A stretch of DNA of 62,220 nucleotides from positions 1-62,220 of the forward strand of contig VMEU01000006.1 in assembly GCA_007375675.1 (NCBI GenBank), given 5' to 3'. A program made the position numbers and the translations under genes. This stretch comes from Parcubacteria group bacterium Greene0416_39 (GTDB taxonomy: Bacteria; Patescibacteriota; Minisyncoccia; Minisyncoccales; UBA10102). Each line of letters starts with the position of its first letter. Positions within the stretch are counted from its first letter, which is position 1. Shown one piece after another: positions 48,585-58,105 of this stretch. The notes under the pieces were generated by a model. It was not told the DNA's origin. It was given only the letters and a program-made list of their open reading frames with translations, and searched no databases.

Positions 48585-49025
48585 TCAAAAGAGACGTTTT
48601 GCCTTTCCCTGCGCGTCTAGGGCTTCGTTCACAAGACGATCTGCCTCTTTGTTTTTTTCTCGGGGGATTGCGGTAAAACTCACTTTTTTAAAATCTATTT
48701 TAAGATTCCATAGCTCTAAGAACAATGATTGAATGTTAGAATGTTCGATCTTGTATTCTCCGTTCATCTGCTTCACGAGCAATTCAGAATCCGCAAAAAC
48801 CTGCACCTCTGATTTTTTTGCAGTATCTTTTCCCCAGAGCGATTTAATCTTTTTTAAGGCAAAAATCGGGGCTTGATATTCTGCCGTATTGTTTGTTGTT
48901 TCCCCAATATACTCCCCGTATTTTTTCAGCGCCTCCCCTTTTTCATTCGCTATAACAACCCCAAGAGCCGCAGGCCCTGGATTGCCTCTGGCGCCCCCAT
49001 CAGTATGAACAATAAACTTTTGCAT
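48585..49025 (-). CDS. rnhA: Ribonuclease HI
   Basis: TDGGARGNPG, TNNTAEY, DSEL, N..ADRL. Confidence 0.93.
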   Translation of the reverse strand: MQKFIVHTDGGARGNPGPAALGVVIANEKGEALKKYGEYIGETTNNTAEYQAPIFALKKIKSLWGKDTAKKSEVQVFADSELLVKQMNGEYKIEHSNIQSLFLELWNLKIDFKKVSFTAIPREKNKEADRLVNEALDAQGKAKRLF

Positions 49026-49044
49026 TATTTGCGGCATTCGCATA

Positions 49045-50199
49045 TCATTTGCGGATTTGCATTTTAAAATAGGTTGCAAGATACTTCTTAAATTTGGCAA
49101 GGTTCTTGGTTTTCAGCCTGAATCCTGAAGCAGGAGCGTGGCCTCCGTATGCAACCAGAGATTTTGCAAAACCTTTCATTGCTTCTACGGTGTTGTACCC
49201 TGCCGGAGCCCTTACGCTCCCTATGCTTTCTCCTCGCTTTTTCTTATAGAGAAACACGGGTTTATCAAGCTCTCTTGCGAGAATAGAAGCTGCTCCTCCC
49301 AAAAGCACGTACTCAAAGGAGGGATCCCCTTCAAATATCACTGGGGAATCGGAAATTCCGATTCTTTGTTTTATCGTATTGACGATAGCATAAATCGTAT
49401 CCTGGCGCACTTTGTTTTTTTCTACAAGTTCTTTTGCAATGTCTCGTGCGCTTTCAAGGGAAGAGGTGGTAAAGAGACGATATGCTCCCGGAAGCCTATC
49501 TTTGATATCTCTCACGTTAAGCACTGAAATTGCATGACCAAGCCTATCTCTAAGGTTCCCCTGGTCAATTCCAACGGCTTCAAACAATGCTTGAATGCCA
49601 GGTCTCCATGAAGCAAACAGGCGCGACACCCCTTCTTCAATAATGAGAAGATTGTCGTCTGTTTGAGGCATCATGTCTGCAATCGTACCGAGAGCTGCCA
49701 ACTCTACGAGAGCCCCTCTTAGAGAAGGAGACATCCGTTTTCCTAAAAGCTCGTTGGCCAAAAGAAATGTCACGCCGCATGCAGCCAAACCCTTAAAAGG
49801 ATACGGGTCTGAAGGCTGTTTCGGGTCAACAGTAAGATATGCTTTGGGAAGCTTATCTAATACTTCGTGGTGGTCCACAATAATAACGGTGAATCCTAAT
49901 TTCTTTGCAAGCAGCATTTCTTTAAAGTTTGAAATGCCAAGATCCATGGTAATAAGCAGCGCAGGAGCAAACTTTTTGAGTGATTTCAACGCAGTTTCAG
50001 TAAGGCCATACCCTTCTTTCTCTCGGTCTGGGAAGTAGAGTGCAGAAATTTCCCCTCCAAGGCTTTGGATTGCCTCCTTGAGAATGATAACAGAGCATAT
50101 CCCGTCCAAATCGCCGTCTCCATAGAGAATAATGCGCTCTTTTTTTGAGATCGCTTTTTCAATGCGTTCTGCCGCTTTTTTGAGATTCTTAATTTCCAT
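49045..50199 (-). CDS. recJ: DHH-family phosphoesterase, RecJ-like
   Basis: GDGDLDG, EGYG, D.G, DHH, GTIAD, GGH..A.G. Confidence 0.85.
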   Translation of the reverse strand: MEIKNLKKAAERIEKAISKKERIILYGDGDLDGICSVIILKEAIQSLGGEISALYFPDREKEGYGLTETALKSLKKFAPALLITMDLGISNFKEMLLAKKLGFTVIIVDHHEVLDKLPKAYLTVDPKQPSDPYPFKGLAACGVTFLLANELLGKRMSPSLRGALVELAALGTIADMMPQTDDNLLIIEEGVSRLFASWRPGIQALFEAVGIDQGNLRDRLGHAISVLNVRDIKDRLPGAYRLFTTSSLESARDIAKELVEKNKVRQDTIYAIVNTIKQRIGISDSPVIFEGDPSFEYVLLGGAASILARELDKPVFLYKKKRGESIGSVRAPAGYNTVEAMKGFAKSLVAYGGHAPASGFRLKTKNLAKFKKYLATYFKMQIRK

Positions 50200-51196
50200 A
50201 GTATCCGAGCGCTTCCAGCCCTGGAAGTTTCTCTCCTGCCAAAAACGCAAGGGCTGCTCCTCCAGCAGTGGAAAGGTATGAAAATTTGTCTTCCACATGA
50301 TGAGAACGCAGAAAACCTACTAAGTCTCCTCCTCCTGCAACCGAGAATGCCTTGCTCTTGCCAATTGCCTTTGCAATTGCAAGAGAACCTTTGGCATACT
50401 CCTCTTTTTCAACTTGGCCCAATGGCCCTGTCCAGAAGATTGATTTTGCTTCTTGAACGTGCCGAGTGAATAGTGTAAGCGTTTTTGGCCCAATGTCAAA
50501 CCCTCCATCTAAAGGCAAAACAACTTTCAAAGGATTTTTAAAGGAACTAAAAGGATTGGTAAGGGAACTGGCGTATTCTTGGCTAAGCAGATTGCCCAAA
50601 AGCACGGAGTCAGCAATCTCGGAGATTGCCTTAACAAACGAAAGCTTGTTTTCTGCTTTTTTGCCTCCTACAATTGCAAGAAAGGGTCTTTGTGGGTTTG
50701 AACGAAACCTTTCAAGACATGCTAACTCCTTCTCAAAAAGCAGCCCTATTGCAGAAGGAAGAAACTCTGCAATTCCTGCAACGGAAGCGTGGTTTCGGTG
50801 AGACACGGAGAAGGCGTCGTTGATATATATGTCCCCAAGTTTTGAAAGAGCCTTTGCGAATTTTTTTCCATTCTCCTCTTCTTCTTTGTGGAACCTCAAA
50901 TTTTCAAGCAAAAGAATTTTCCCTTTTGCCTTAGCTTGAGAATAATCAAGATATGCAAAGAGCTTCTCTTGCACTTTTCCTAAAGCAAGAGATTCCACTC
51001 TCTTGCCTCCAGGATCTCCCAGGTGAGACATGAGAATAACCTTTGCGCCATGAGAAAGAAGATACGCAATCGTAGGAACAGCTTCTGTAATGCGAAAATC
51101 GTCAGTACTATTTCCCTTTTCGTCTAAGGGAACGTTCAAGTCGCATCTGAGAAGAACCCTTTTATCTTGGAACGAAAAATCTTGGAGCCGCTTCAT
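50189..51196 (-). CDS. pgk: Phosphoglycerate kinase (short)
   Basis: R.DLNVP, SHLG, LLENLRF, NDAF, STAGGA. Confidence 0.93.
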   Translation of the reverse strand: MKRLQDFSFQDKRVLLRCDLNVPLDEKGNSTDDFRITEAVPTIAYLLSHGAKVILMSHLGDPGGKRVESLALGKVQEKLFAYLDYSQAKAKGKILLLENLRFHKEEEENGKKFAKALSKLGDIYINDAFSVSHRNHASVAGIAEFLPSAIGLLFEKELACLERFRSNPQRPFLAIVGGKKAENKLSFVKAISEIADSVLLGNLLSQEYASSLTNPFSSFKNPLKVVLPLDGGFDIGPKTLTLFTRHVQEAKSIFWTGPLGQVEKEEYAKGSLAIAKAIGKSKAFSVAGGGDLVGFLRSHHVEDKFSYLSTAGGAALAFLAGEKLPGLEALGYYGN

Positions 51197-52818
51197 GAAA
51201 AGTAGACGGTCTCTCCGGGATTGATAACTTTTTTTTGTTCGGGCTCGCCTTGTGGCTTCTTCCCGCCATGGAAAAACGTAGGGCCTTTTTGGAATGCCTG
51301 GTTCAAAGAGATCGGCCCGTCTGGCGGCGAGGCAGGCTTGCCCGCCCCGTTAGAGGCAAGGCCTCTAACGGGGGCCTCCGCAGCCCCGCTACGCTTCTTT
51401 CTGCAAGATTTGCAAAAAACCGGGCGCTTAGGGTCAGGCAAGAACACCACTTTTGTGGGTTTTTTGCAGTTTGAACATACCGCATCATACAAAGTTTGCT
51501 GGGGCAAGAGAGGAACAACAGGCATAGATTTTCCAGCAAGTTCTACTGCTCCGGTCCATTTGGCGATTTGTTCCTCAACTTCAACAATGGGCGCTCCATA
51601 GCGCTCTCTTGAGGAACGTATGATATCCTCTTCATAATTCTTTTCAGGCAAAGGCCAGGGAGGAAGCGTCTGGGCCGAAAAAGGGCGCGAGGCAATTCCG
51701 TCTATCATGAGCTTCACATAGATATTATACTTTCCAAGGTTCACAAAATCTGTGGCGAGAAACTCTGGAGTAAACTCTTTTTCCAGGAACTCTGCGTCCT
51801 CGGCCCCTACGCGAAAAGTAATAATGGTTCCCACGTTTCCAAACACTGCCGGCCTCACCTCTTCTTCGTCAAGCTGGGCAATGTACTGATGCCCCAGAAT
51901 CAAAGAGAGCCGGTACTTTCGGGCCTCTGAAAGAATGTTCGTAAAACTGTCTGTTGCAAAATTTTGAAACTCGTCAATATATAAGAAAAAGTCGTGCCTT
52001 TGCTCTTCTGAAATGTCAACGCGAGACATCGCAGCCAACTGCAGCTTTGTCACGAGAAGCCCTCCTAACAAATGGGAAGTGTCTTCTCCTATTCTGCCCT
52101 TGGAAAGGTTTGCAATGAGAATTTTCTGGCCGTCCATGACCTCGCGCATATCAATTGAGGAGCGAACCTGGCCTACGATATTTCGAATAACAGGGTTTGA
52201 GATAAACTGCCCTACTTTGTTTTGAATTGCGGCTGTTGCCTCAACTTCATAGCGCTGGGTATACCTGGCGTATTCCTGAAGCCAGAAAGCGCGCACCACA
52301 GGGTCTTTAACCTTGTCTACCACGCTCGCGCGAAAATCTGGGTCTGACAAAAGCCTGTTTATGCCCAACAAGGTAGAGTTAGGAGATTCCAAAAGCGCCA
52401 GAATGGCGTAGTTTAAAATATATTCCATGCGGGCAGACCATACGTCGGGCCACAATTTTTTGAACACTGACATTAATCCTGAAACCACAATGTGCCTGTG
52501 CTCTGCTGCCACCTTTTCCATGACGTTGAAAGCAATTGGGAAAGACACGTCTGAAGGATTAAAGTACAACACGTCTTTTACTCTGTTCTCCAGCACAAAA
52601 TCTAAGAGTTCCTCTGCTGCTTCTCCGTGAGGGTCAATAAATCCTATGCCTGCTCCTGCCTGAATATCCTGGATTGCCATGTTCTTAAGCATCACGGTTT
52701 TGCCCATGCCGGTTTTCCCAACAACATAAAAATGGCGGCGCCTGTCGTCAAGCTTTATTCCGAATTTCTTCTTGATGTTGCGAAAGTTTGTTTCTCCAAA
52801 AAACGTGATGTCGCTCAT
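51193..52818 (-). CDS. HerA/VirD4-like ATPase with C-terminal CxxC-x17-CxxC zinc ribbon
   Basis: GKTGMGKT, IDPHG, YIDEFQNF, SEARKY, CSNC...CKSC. Confidence 0.88.
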   Translation of the reverse strand: MSDITFFGETNFRNIKKKFGIKLDDRRRHFYVVGKTGMGKTVMLKNMAIQDIQAGAGIGFIDPHGEAAEELLDFVLENRVKDVLYFNPSDVSFPIAFNVMEKVAAEHRHIVVSGLMSVFKKLWPDVWSARMEYILNYAILALLESPNSTLLGINRLLSDPDFRASVVDKVKDPVVRAFWLQEYARYTQRYEVEATAAIQNKVGQFISNPVIRNIVGQVRSSIDMREVMDGQKILIANLSKGRIGEDTSHLLGGLLVTKLQLAAMSRVDISEEQRHDFFLYIDEFQNFATDSFTNILSEARKYRLSLILGHQYIAQLDEEEVRPAVFGNVGTIITFRVGAEDAEFLEKEFTPEFLATDFVNLGKYNIYVKLMIDGIASRPFSAQTLPPWPLPEKNYEEDIIRSSRERYGAPIVEVEEQIAKWTGAVELAGKSMPVVPLLPQQTLYDAVCSNCKKPTKVVFLPDPKRPVFCKSCRKKRSGAAEAPVRGLASNGAGKPASPPDGPISLNQAFQKGPTFFHGGKKPQGEPEQKKVINPGETVYFS

Positions 52819-52825
52819 TTGTTTT

Positions 52826-54127
52826 TCATTCAGTGGGTAGTTCGGACGGCGCTTCTCCTTTCTTTGACTCAATGCGGGGAACCGCCACCCCGGGAACCGT
52901 CATCTTCCCTGGAAAGTGAAATATGGTTGCCAGCTCCTCAATATTTAAAATGTATTTCCCGTGCTCTGTCTCCTCACTGCCTTGCCATGGGTAAAAAGGC
53001 GAAAGGCGCGAGGTATAATACCGGTAGACTCTCCGTTTCCTTAAGAATAGTCTCCTGGCGTCAAGAAACCAGGTGAATATGGTTTTCTCTTTTGTATAGG
53101 TGCGTTTGATTGGCCTAAAATTGTTGAGCGTTGTACTGCTCATCTGGTTAAAAAAACTTATGGGCAAAGCCTTTGTTGGCGAGAAGTAGTTCTCCTGCTT
53201 GGCAAGATATATGCACCTAATGGACGCCTGAAACGCAGGCTTGCTTATTTTCTGTTCAATCGCGGCAACAATGTCCCGTTCCCCTGGAGTAAGCCGCGCT
53301 TCAGGAGGAAACATTTCTTCTTTTGCAACTGCTTCTTCAGGCATATGCCCTGTCGCAAGAAAATAGGCTGCTTTCCGTTCTGGCGCGAACCCTGAAGCCT
53401 TTGCCTTTTCTGGCCTTTTCACAAGCTTGTTAACAATTTCCGTGCCCCGTTCCACATACTTGTCTTCAGTAGGAAGTTTAGGCCAGAGAAGAATCTGAAT
53501 CCACAAATGCTCGCCCTGCCCAAGCTTGGCTAAGCCTTCCAACAGCAAAGACAAAGGATCAATGCGCTTTTCCTCTTTTTCTGCGGTACTCTCTTCAAAA
53601 AACATTGCGTAGGTTCTTATGGGATAGACATCGGGTTTTTCTAACTTGAAGTTTGTACCCCACATTTCCCAGTCTTTGTTGGGAATGTCGCGCGGGAAAA
53701 ACTTGGTGTAGTCTTCCACAACCGAAATTTCAGTTTCAGGGTATTGAGAGTAAATGGCAGATTCCACAAGCCTCTGGGCCTCTTGGGGAATACGCATATA
53801 AAAGTGAACCTGGCCTTCAGAAGATACAATCTCAATAGAAAAATTGACCTGATAGTGGCCCTCAAACCATATTTCTCTTGGCCTTGCGGGATCGTGCATT
53901 TGCCAAAACCCCGAGAACACGCTTTCCATTGCCTTGATTGGCTTCAAAACTTCAGAAGGAACTTTCAGCTCAAGCATGATGCTCCTCTGCTCTGAACCAA
54001 AGATGTCTTGTCTCCACTGGAACCAAAAATAAAGGGCCGGCTTCCAAAGCAAAAACGGCAGAAACAGCCACCACCAGGTTTTTGCAAACTCCCAGAAGAA
54101 ACCCAAGATTGAACCAAAAAGTTCCAT
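52826..54127 (-). CDS. Conserved hypothetical membrane-anchored partner of the ATPase
   Basis: N-terminal TM, FSIEI, YSQYP, ELATIFHFP, E.P..LP. Confidence 0.8.
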   Translation of the reverse strand: MELFGSILGFFWEFAKTWWWLFLPFLLWKPALYFWFQWRQDIFGSEQRSIMLELKVPSEVLKPIKAMESVFSGFWQMHDPARPREIWFEGHYQVNFSIEIVSSEGQVHFYMRIPQEAQRLVESAIYSQYPETEISVVEDYTKFFPRDIPNKDWEMWGTNFKLEKPDVYPIRTYAMFFEESTAEKEEKRIDPLSLLLEGLAKLGQGEHLWIQILLWPKLPTEDKYVERGTEIVNKLVKRPEKAKASGFAPERKAAYFLATGHMPEEAVAKEEMFPPEARLTPGERDIVAAIEQKISKPAFQASIRCIYLAKQENYFSPTKALPISFFNQMSSTTLNNFRPIKRTYTKEKTIFTWFLDARRLFLRKRRVYRYYTSRLSPFYPWQGSEETEHGKYILNIEELATIFHFPGKMTVPGVAVPRIESKKGEAPSELPTE

Positions 54128-54132
54128 CTACC

Positions 54133-55164
54133 TTACCTTACAAGGTAATAATTGCCAGCTTCGTCTTGTTGAAAGATGCTTTTGTCTTGCAGGTTGAGAA
54201 GAATGGTGCTTGCTTTCACCTGCCTTTGTTCTAATGTTTTTTGCACGATTGCTTCTTTTGCAAGACGAGTCTTTGAACTTGAGAGAATGCTTTGTATGAC
54301 TTCTTTAACGGTGCCAGGAGTATACCCCCATTCGCAAAGCGCGTATGTTCCTCTTCCTACGAGCACGCATCTCTCGTCTTTGATAAGCTCGTTGTGAACG
54401 GTCTGGGCAAGCACTGGCTTTACAATTTTAAGAGGAAACTTGTGCTGGAACTCCGCGATAACTTGGGCAAGCTTTCTAAAATGTAAGGGTTCTCCTTGTT
54501 CTTTGAGCACAAGGTACGCCTTGTCTCTTACAGTCTTGGGGTTCACCTCGGGCCATTCGGCCAAGCCCCATTTCCTGTTGTGGCTAAGAACAAGGTATTT
54601 GGAAATCTCAAGAAAAGAGGCGAGTGTTTGCGGAGCAAAATCGTCAAGTTCGTTCTCAAGCTCCTCTATAGAAAGAGCATCATTCTTTTCTTTAAGCAAA
54701 GAAACAATGCCGTCTAATAGGTTGAGAGCGTCTTGAACAAATTCTTCCTTGTTTGCCCAAAAGGTATGAACCTCATCGGTCTCCCGGTGGTAAAATAGAT
54801 TCTCTGTGAGGTGCAGCAAAAACACCAACTGGCATTGGAGGTTGGAACACCCCAAGGCGCTCGCCAATAAATCCTCTCTCTTTAAAGACCCTTGAGAAGA
54901 CAAAGTTTTTGAAACCCTTGTATAAAATTCAAGGAGGGAGGGCTCTGCCTTTTCTTCCCAGATTTTGTCTTTTAAAAATGTGAGGGAGTTATTGACTATT
55001 TGACGAACGCGCTCTCTTGTAATATCGTGTTTCTTGCCTATCGCCTCTAATGTCAAAGGGGTGCCGTCTTGCAGGCCAAAACGTTTCGCCACAATGTCCT
55101 GGGATCTTGAATCAAGGTTTGAAATAAGTCTTGAACTCACTTGCTGAACAGGAAATAAAATCAT
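54133..55164 (-). CDS. Sigma region-4 HTH plus RNAP delta-like HTH protein
   Basis: RFGL, TLEAIG, ITRERVRQI, TVHNELI, GRGTYAL.EWGY. Confidence 0.85.
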   Translation of the reverse strand: MILFPVQQVSSRLISNLDSRSQDIVAKRFGLQDGTPLTLEAIGKKHDITRERVRQIVNNSLTFLKDKIWEEKAEPSLLEFYTRVSKTLSSQGSLKREDLLASALGCSNLQCQLVFLLHLTENLFYHRETDEVHTFWANKEEFVQDALNLLDGIVSLLKEKNDALSIEELENELDDFAPQTLASFLEISKYLVLSHNRKWGLAEWPEVNPKTVRDKAYLVLKEQGEPLHFRKLAQVIAEFQHKFPLKIVKPVLAQTVHNELIKDERCVLVGRGTYALCEWGYTPGTVKEVIQSILSSSKTRLAKEAIVQKTLEQRQVKASTILLNLQDKSIFQQDEAGNYYLVR

Positions 55165-55216
55165 ACTATCTATTAAACCAGGTTTATAAACGTTTGTCAA
55201 CCACATTCGACTTCGC

Positions 55217-56110
55217 TCAGTGTTGACCCTGAGTACGAGTCGAAGGGTCAACCATTTTGAGCAAGAAAGGGGGAGAAAGCAGTATAGAAGAATAGAGGCC
55301 CGCCACAATCCCCACGCCCAGAACCAACGAGAAAGCTCTCAAGGTCTCGCCTCCAAAGAAGAAGATGGCAAGCACCGGAAATAAGGTGCACAAAGAGGTG
55401 TTCAGATTGCGGGAAAGAGTCTGTTTAATGCTTATGTTCATCACTTCTTGCATGCCAAGGCCCTTGTTCTTGAAGACGTTTTCCCGCACCCTATCAAAAA
55501 CTACGATATTGTTGTTGATGGAATACCCCAACACCGTAAGAAGCGCCACCACAACAGGAATGCTTAATTCCATGCCTTCAAGCTTGCCAAAGAGAGCAAA
55601 TACCCCCAAGGGAACCATTAAGTCAAACACAAGAGCCAGCAGGCTTGCTAAGGGCCAGTGCCAAGGATGCACAGGATGCGTAACCTTGCGGAAAGCAAAA
55701 GCAATGTAGGAGACCAGCACGAGCAAAGAAAGAACCGTAATGAGAAACGTCTTCTTGGTCAATTCTCTGCCGATCACAGGACCAATGGATTCAAAGCGAA
55801 GCTCCTGAACCTCCTTGCCCAGTAATGAGAGCACTTCTTGATGCATGTTTTCCTCTATATCTTTCATGCGAACAAGTACGTTCTGCTCCCCTACTGGCTG
55901 AATTTGCAGACTTCCAAGTTCAAGATCCATAAGTCGTGCCTGAATGTCTTGGGTAGAGGGACGACTCTCTGTATACTGCACTTCCATGATGCTTCCTCCG
56001 GTAAAATCAATGCCAAGCGTGAGGCCAAATACGATAATACTCCCCACGCTCAAGAGTATGAGAGAAACAGCCAGAGCAAGATAAAAATTGGAATATGTAA
56101 AAATGTTCAT
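55217..56110 (-). CDS. secF: Protein translocase subunit SecF
   Basis: LGIDFTGG, IGP.IG, GYSIN..IVVFDRVRE. Confidence 0.95.
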   Translation of the reverse strand: MNIFTYSNFYLALAVSLILLSVGSIIVFGLTLGIDFTGGSIMEVQYTESRPSTQDIQARLMDLELGSLQIQPVGEQNVLVRMKDIEENMHQEVLSLLGKEVQELRFESIGPVIGRELTKKTFLITVLSLLVLVSYIAFAFRKVTHPVHPWHWPLASLLALVFDLMVPLGVFALFGKLEGMELSIPVVVALLTVLGYSINNNIVVFDRVRENVFKNKGLGMQEVMNISIKQTLSRNLNTSLCTLFPVLAIFFFGGETLRAFSLVLGVGIVAGLYSSILLSPPFLLKMVDPSTRTQGQH

Positions 56111-56121
56111 CCCGTTAGAAA

Positions 56122-57462
56122 TTACCAAAGCCATTTGAATTTCTGAAGAAATGTTCCCTCAAATACTCGCAGGAAGTTTCGGGTGATAAAAAGCGCCGTG
56201 AACATGCTTGTTATCGTCCCAAGAAGCAAGGTGAATGCAAATCCTTGCACAAAAGAAGATCCAAACCAGAACAGAATGAGCGCAACAAGCATAGCCGTCA
56301 CATTCCCGTCCCAAATGGAAGGCCAAGCTCTCTTGAATCCTTCAGCTAAAGCGCCGCTAAGGCTTCTCCCTTCTTTCAACTCTTCTCGCATTCTTGAGAA
56401 TACAAGGACGTTGGCATCCACCGCCATGCCAATAGAGAGAATAAAGCCTGCAATACCTGCCAAGGTAAAAGTTAGGGAAATAAATTTGAAAATGGCAAGA
56501 AGCAACACGACATACAAAACAAGAGCAAGGGAAGCAAGAAGCCCAGGAAGCCTGTACCAAAGCGCCATAAAAACAATCACTGCAATAAATCCTCCTATTC
56601 CCGCTTTAAGGCTTTTGGCAAGAGAATCATGGCCCAACGTTGCTCCAATACTCTGCTGGGAAATGAGGGTTATGGGTATGGGCAATGCTCCCGCGTTGAG
56701 GTTGCGCACAATGGTTTTTGCTTCCTCAATAGTGAACTTCCCTGTGATCTGCGCTCTCCCTCCCGCGATAACGCCTTGAACAGTGGGAGCCTGCAAAAGC
56801 TGGCCGTCTAAAAATATTGCAACGGGCTTGCCAAGATTCTTTTGAGTTAACTCTTCAAAAATCTTTGCGCCTTCGTCATCAAACTGAAGGAGCACCAAGG
56901 GCTCCTGCGACAGGGAATCAAAGCCAAGCTCTGCTTTTTTAAGATACCTTCCCGTCAAAGCAGTAGATGCGTAAGGATCAGTAAAATCAGTCTTCCCCTC
57001 TTTGAAAAGCTCCTGGTTCTTTTCAATAATCTGGGAATAATCTGGTTTTGTTTCACGGAACTCAAGGTACGGAGTCTGGCCAATAAGCGCGATTGCCTGG
57101 CTAGGGTCTTGCATGCCGGCTAACTCCACAATGAGTCTGCGTTTCTCCCTTTTCCCTTCTGTCTGCACGAGAGGCTCTTTCACGCCAAACAGGTTTACCC
57201 TTCTTTCAATCACGTCACGAAGCCCCTGCATTGCAGAATCGTAGTCAGCAGAAGTAATTTGAGACAAATCCGCTTCATACACAAGGTGAATTCCTCCTTG
57301 AAGGTCAAGGCCCAGCTGAAAGGACTTATCAGGAATTGAGGGCAAAGAAAACGGAAGCTTCTTTGCTAAGGAATTTGCGTACTGTGGCATATCAAAAAAA
57401 CCCGCGGCGATTCCCGCAATAAGTATAATCCCAACTGTGAGAAATGTTCTGCCTTTTCTCAT
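56122..57462 (-). CDS. secD: Protein translocase subunit SecD
   Basis: LGLDLQGG, GALP, IGMAVDANV. Confidence 0.96.
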   Translation of the reverse strand: MRKGRTFLTVGIILIAGIAAGFFDMPQYANSLAKKLPFSLPSIPDKSFQLGLDLQGGIHLVYEADLSQITSADYDSAMQGLRDVIERRVNLFGVKEPLVQTEGKREKRRLIVELAGMQDPSQAIALIGQTPYLEFRETKPDYSQIIEKNQELFKEGKTDFTDPYASTALTGRYLKKAELGFDSLSQEPLVLLQFDDEGAKIFEELTQKNLGKPVAIFLDGQLLQAPTVQGVIAGGRAQITGKFTIEEAKTIVRNLNAGALPIPITLISQQSIGATLGHDSLAKSLKAGIGGFIAVIVFMALWYRLPGLLASLALVLYVVLLLAIFKFISLTFTLAGIAGFILSIGMAVDANVLVFSRMREELKEGRSLSGALAEGFKRAWPSIWDGNVTAMLVALILFWFGSSFVQGFAFTLLLGTITSMFTALFITRNFLRVFEGTFLQKFKWLW

Positions 57463-57545
57463 GGTTCAACTCAATTCACCATGACCCTGAATTATATTGA
57501 AGGGTCATAGAGATTTTCTTACGATACCACATTCCCTCTTTTTTC

Positions 57546-58004
57546 TCAAGGGAGTTGCTCAAGAGAATATTCTTGAATGGTGTTCTGATCTTTGAACAAA
57601 AACCTCCCTTTGAATCGCTTCCCTTGCAAACACAAAGGATACCAGTACCTATCGTCTGGCCACATGGAATCAAAGGGGATCTCCTGTATGGGAAACCAGC
57701 AAGGTTTCATCTCTTCTGTTTCTTGGGGCTCCCCTTCAAAATCAAGAGCTTTGAACACATGGGTCTCAAGAATTTCAGAGTTGCCCAAAAATTCAAACTC
57801 CAGCACTCCTTGTTCTTCAAACTCTTTGAGAGAAATTCCTGCCTCCTCTCGCACCTCCCGTTTCATTGCTTCAACAAGCCCTTCTCCTTCTTTGAGTTTT
57901 CCTCCAAATCCATTCCACTTGCCTTGTCCAAACCCTCGCTTCTTCATTCCCAAGAGCACCTTATCTCCCTTGTGCACAATGCACAAAGTAAGAATCTTTT
58001 TCAT
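57546..58004 (-). CDS. Nudix hydrolase, 8-oxo-dGTPase (MTH1-like)
   Basis: KKRGFG, WNGFGGK, REVREE, MWPDD. Confidence 0.9.
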   Translation of the reverse strand: MKKILTLCIVHKGDKVLLGMKKRGFGQGKWNGFGGKLKEGEGLVEAMKREVREEAGISLKEFEEQGVLEFEFLGNSEILETHVFKALDFEGEPQETEEMKPCWFPIQEIPFDSMWPDDRYWYPLCLQGKRFKGRFLFKDQNTIQEYSLEQLP

Positions 58005-58105
58005 ATTTTTCGCATTTTTTTACATTCTTCTTCTCCAGCGTACTTTCCTCTTATCTCCATAACACTGCCATGGCAATGATAAAAAGATAAGTTTTTCTAT
58101 TCCGC

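Noticed and set aside
51193-54127. Conjugative element suggested by the VirD4-like ATPase
   Set aside because: Embedded among housekeeping genes with no relaxase, VirB or integrase genes.
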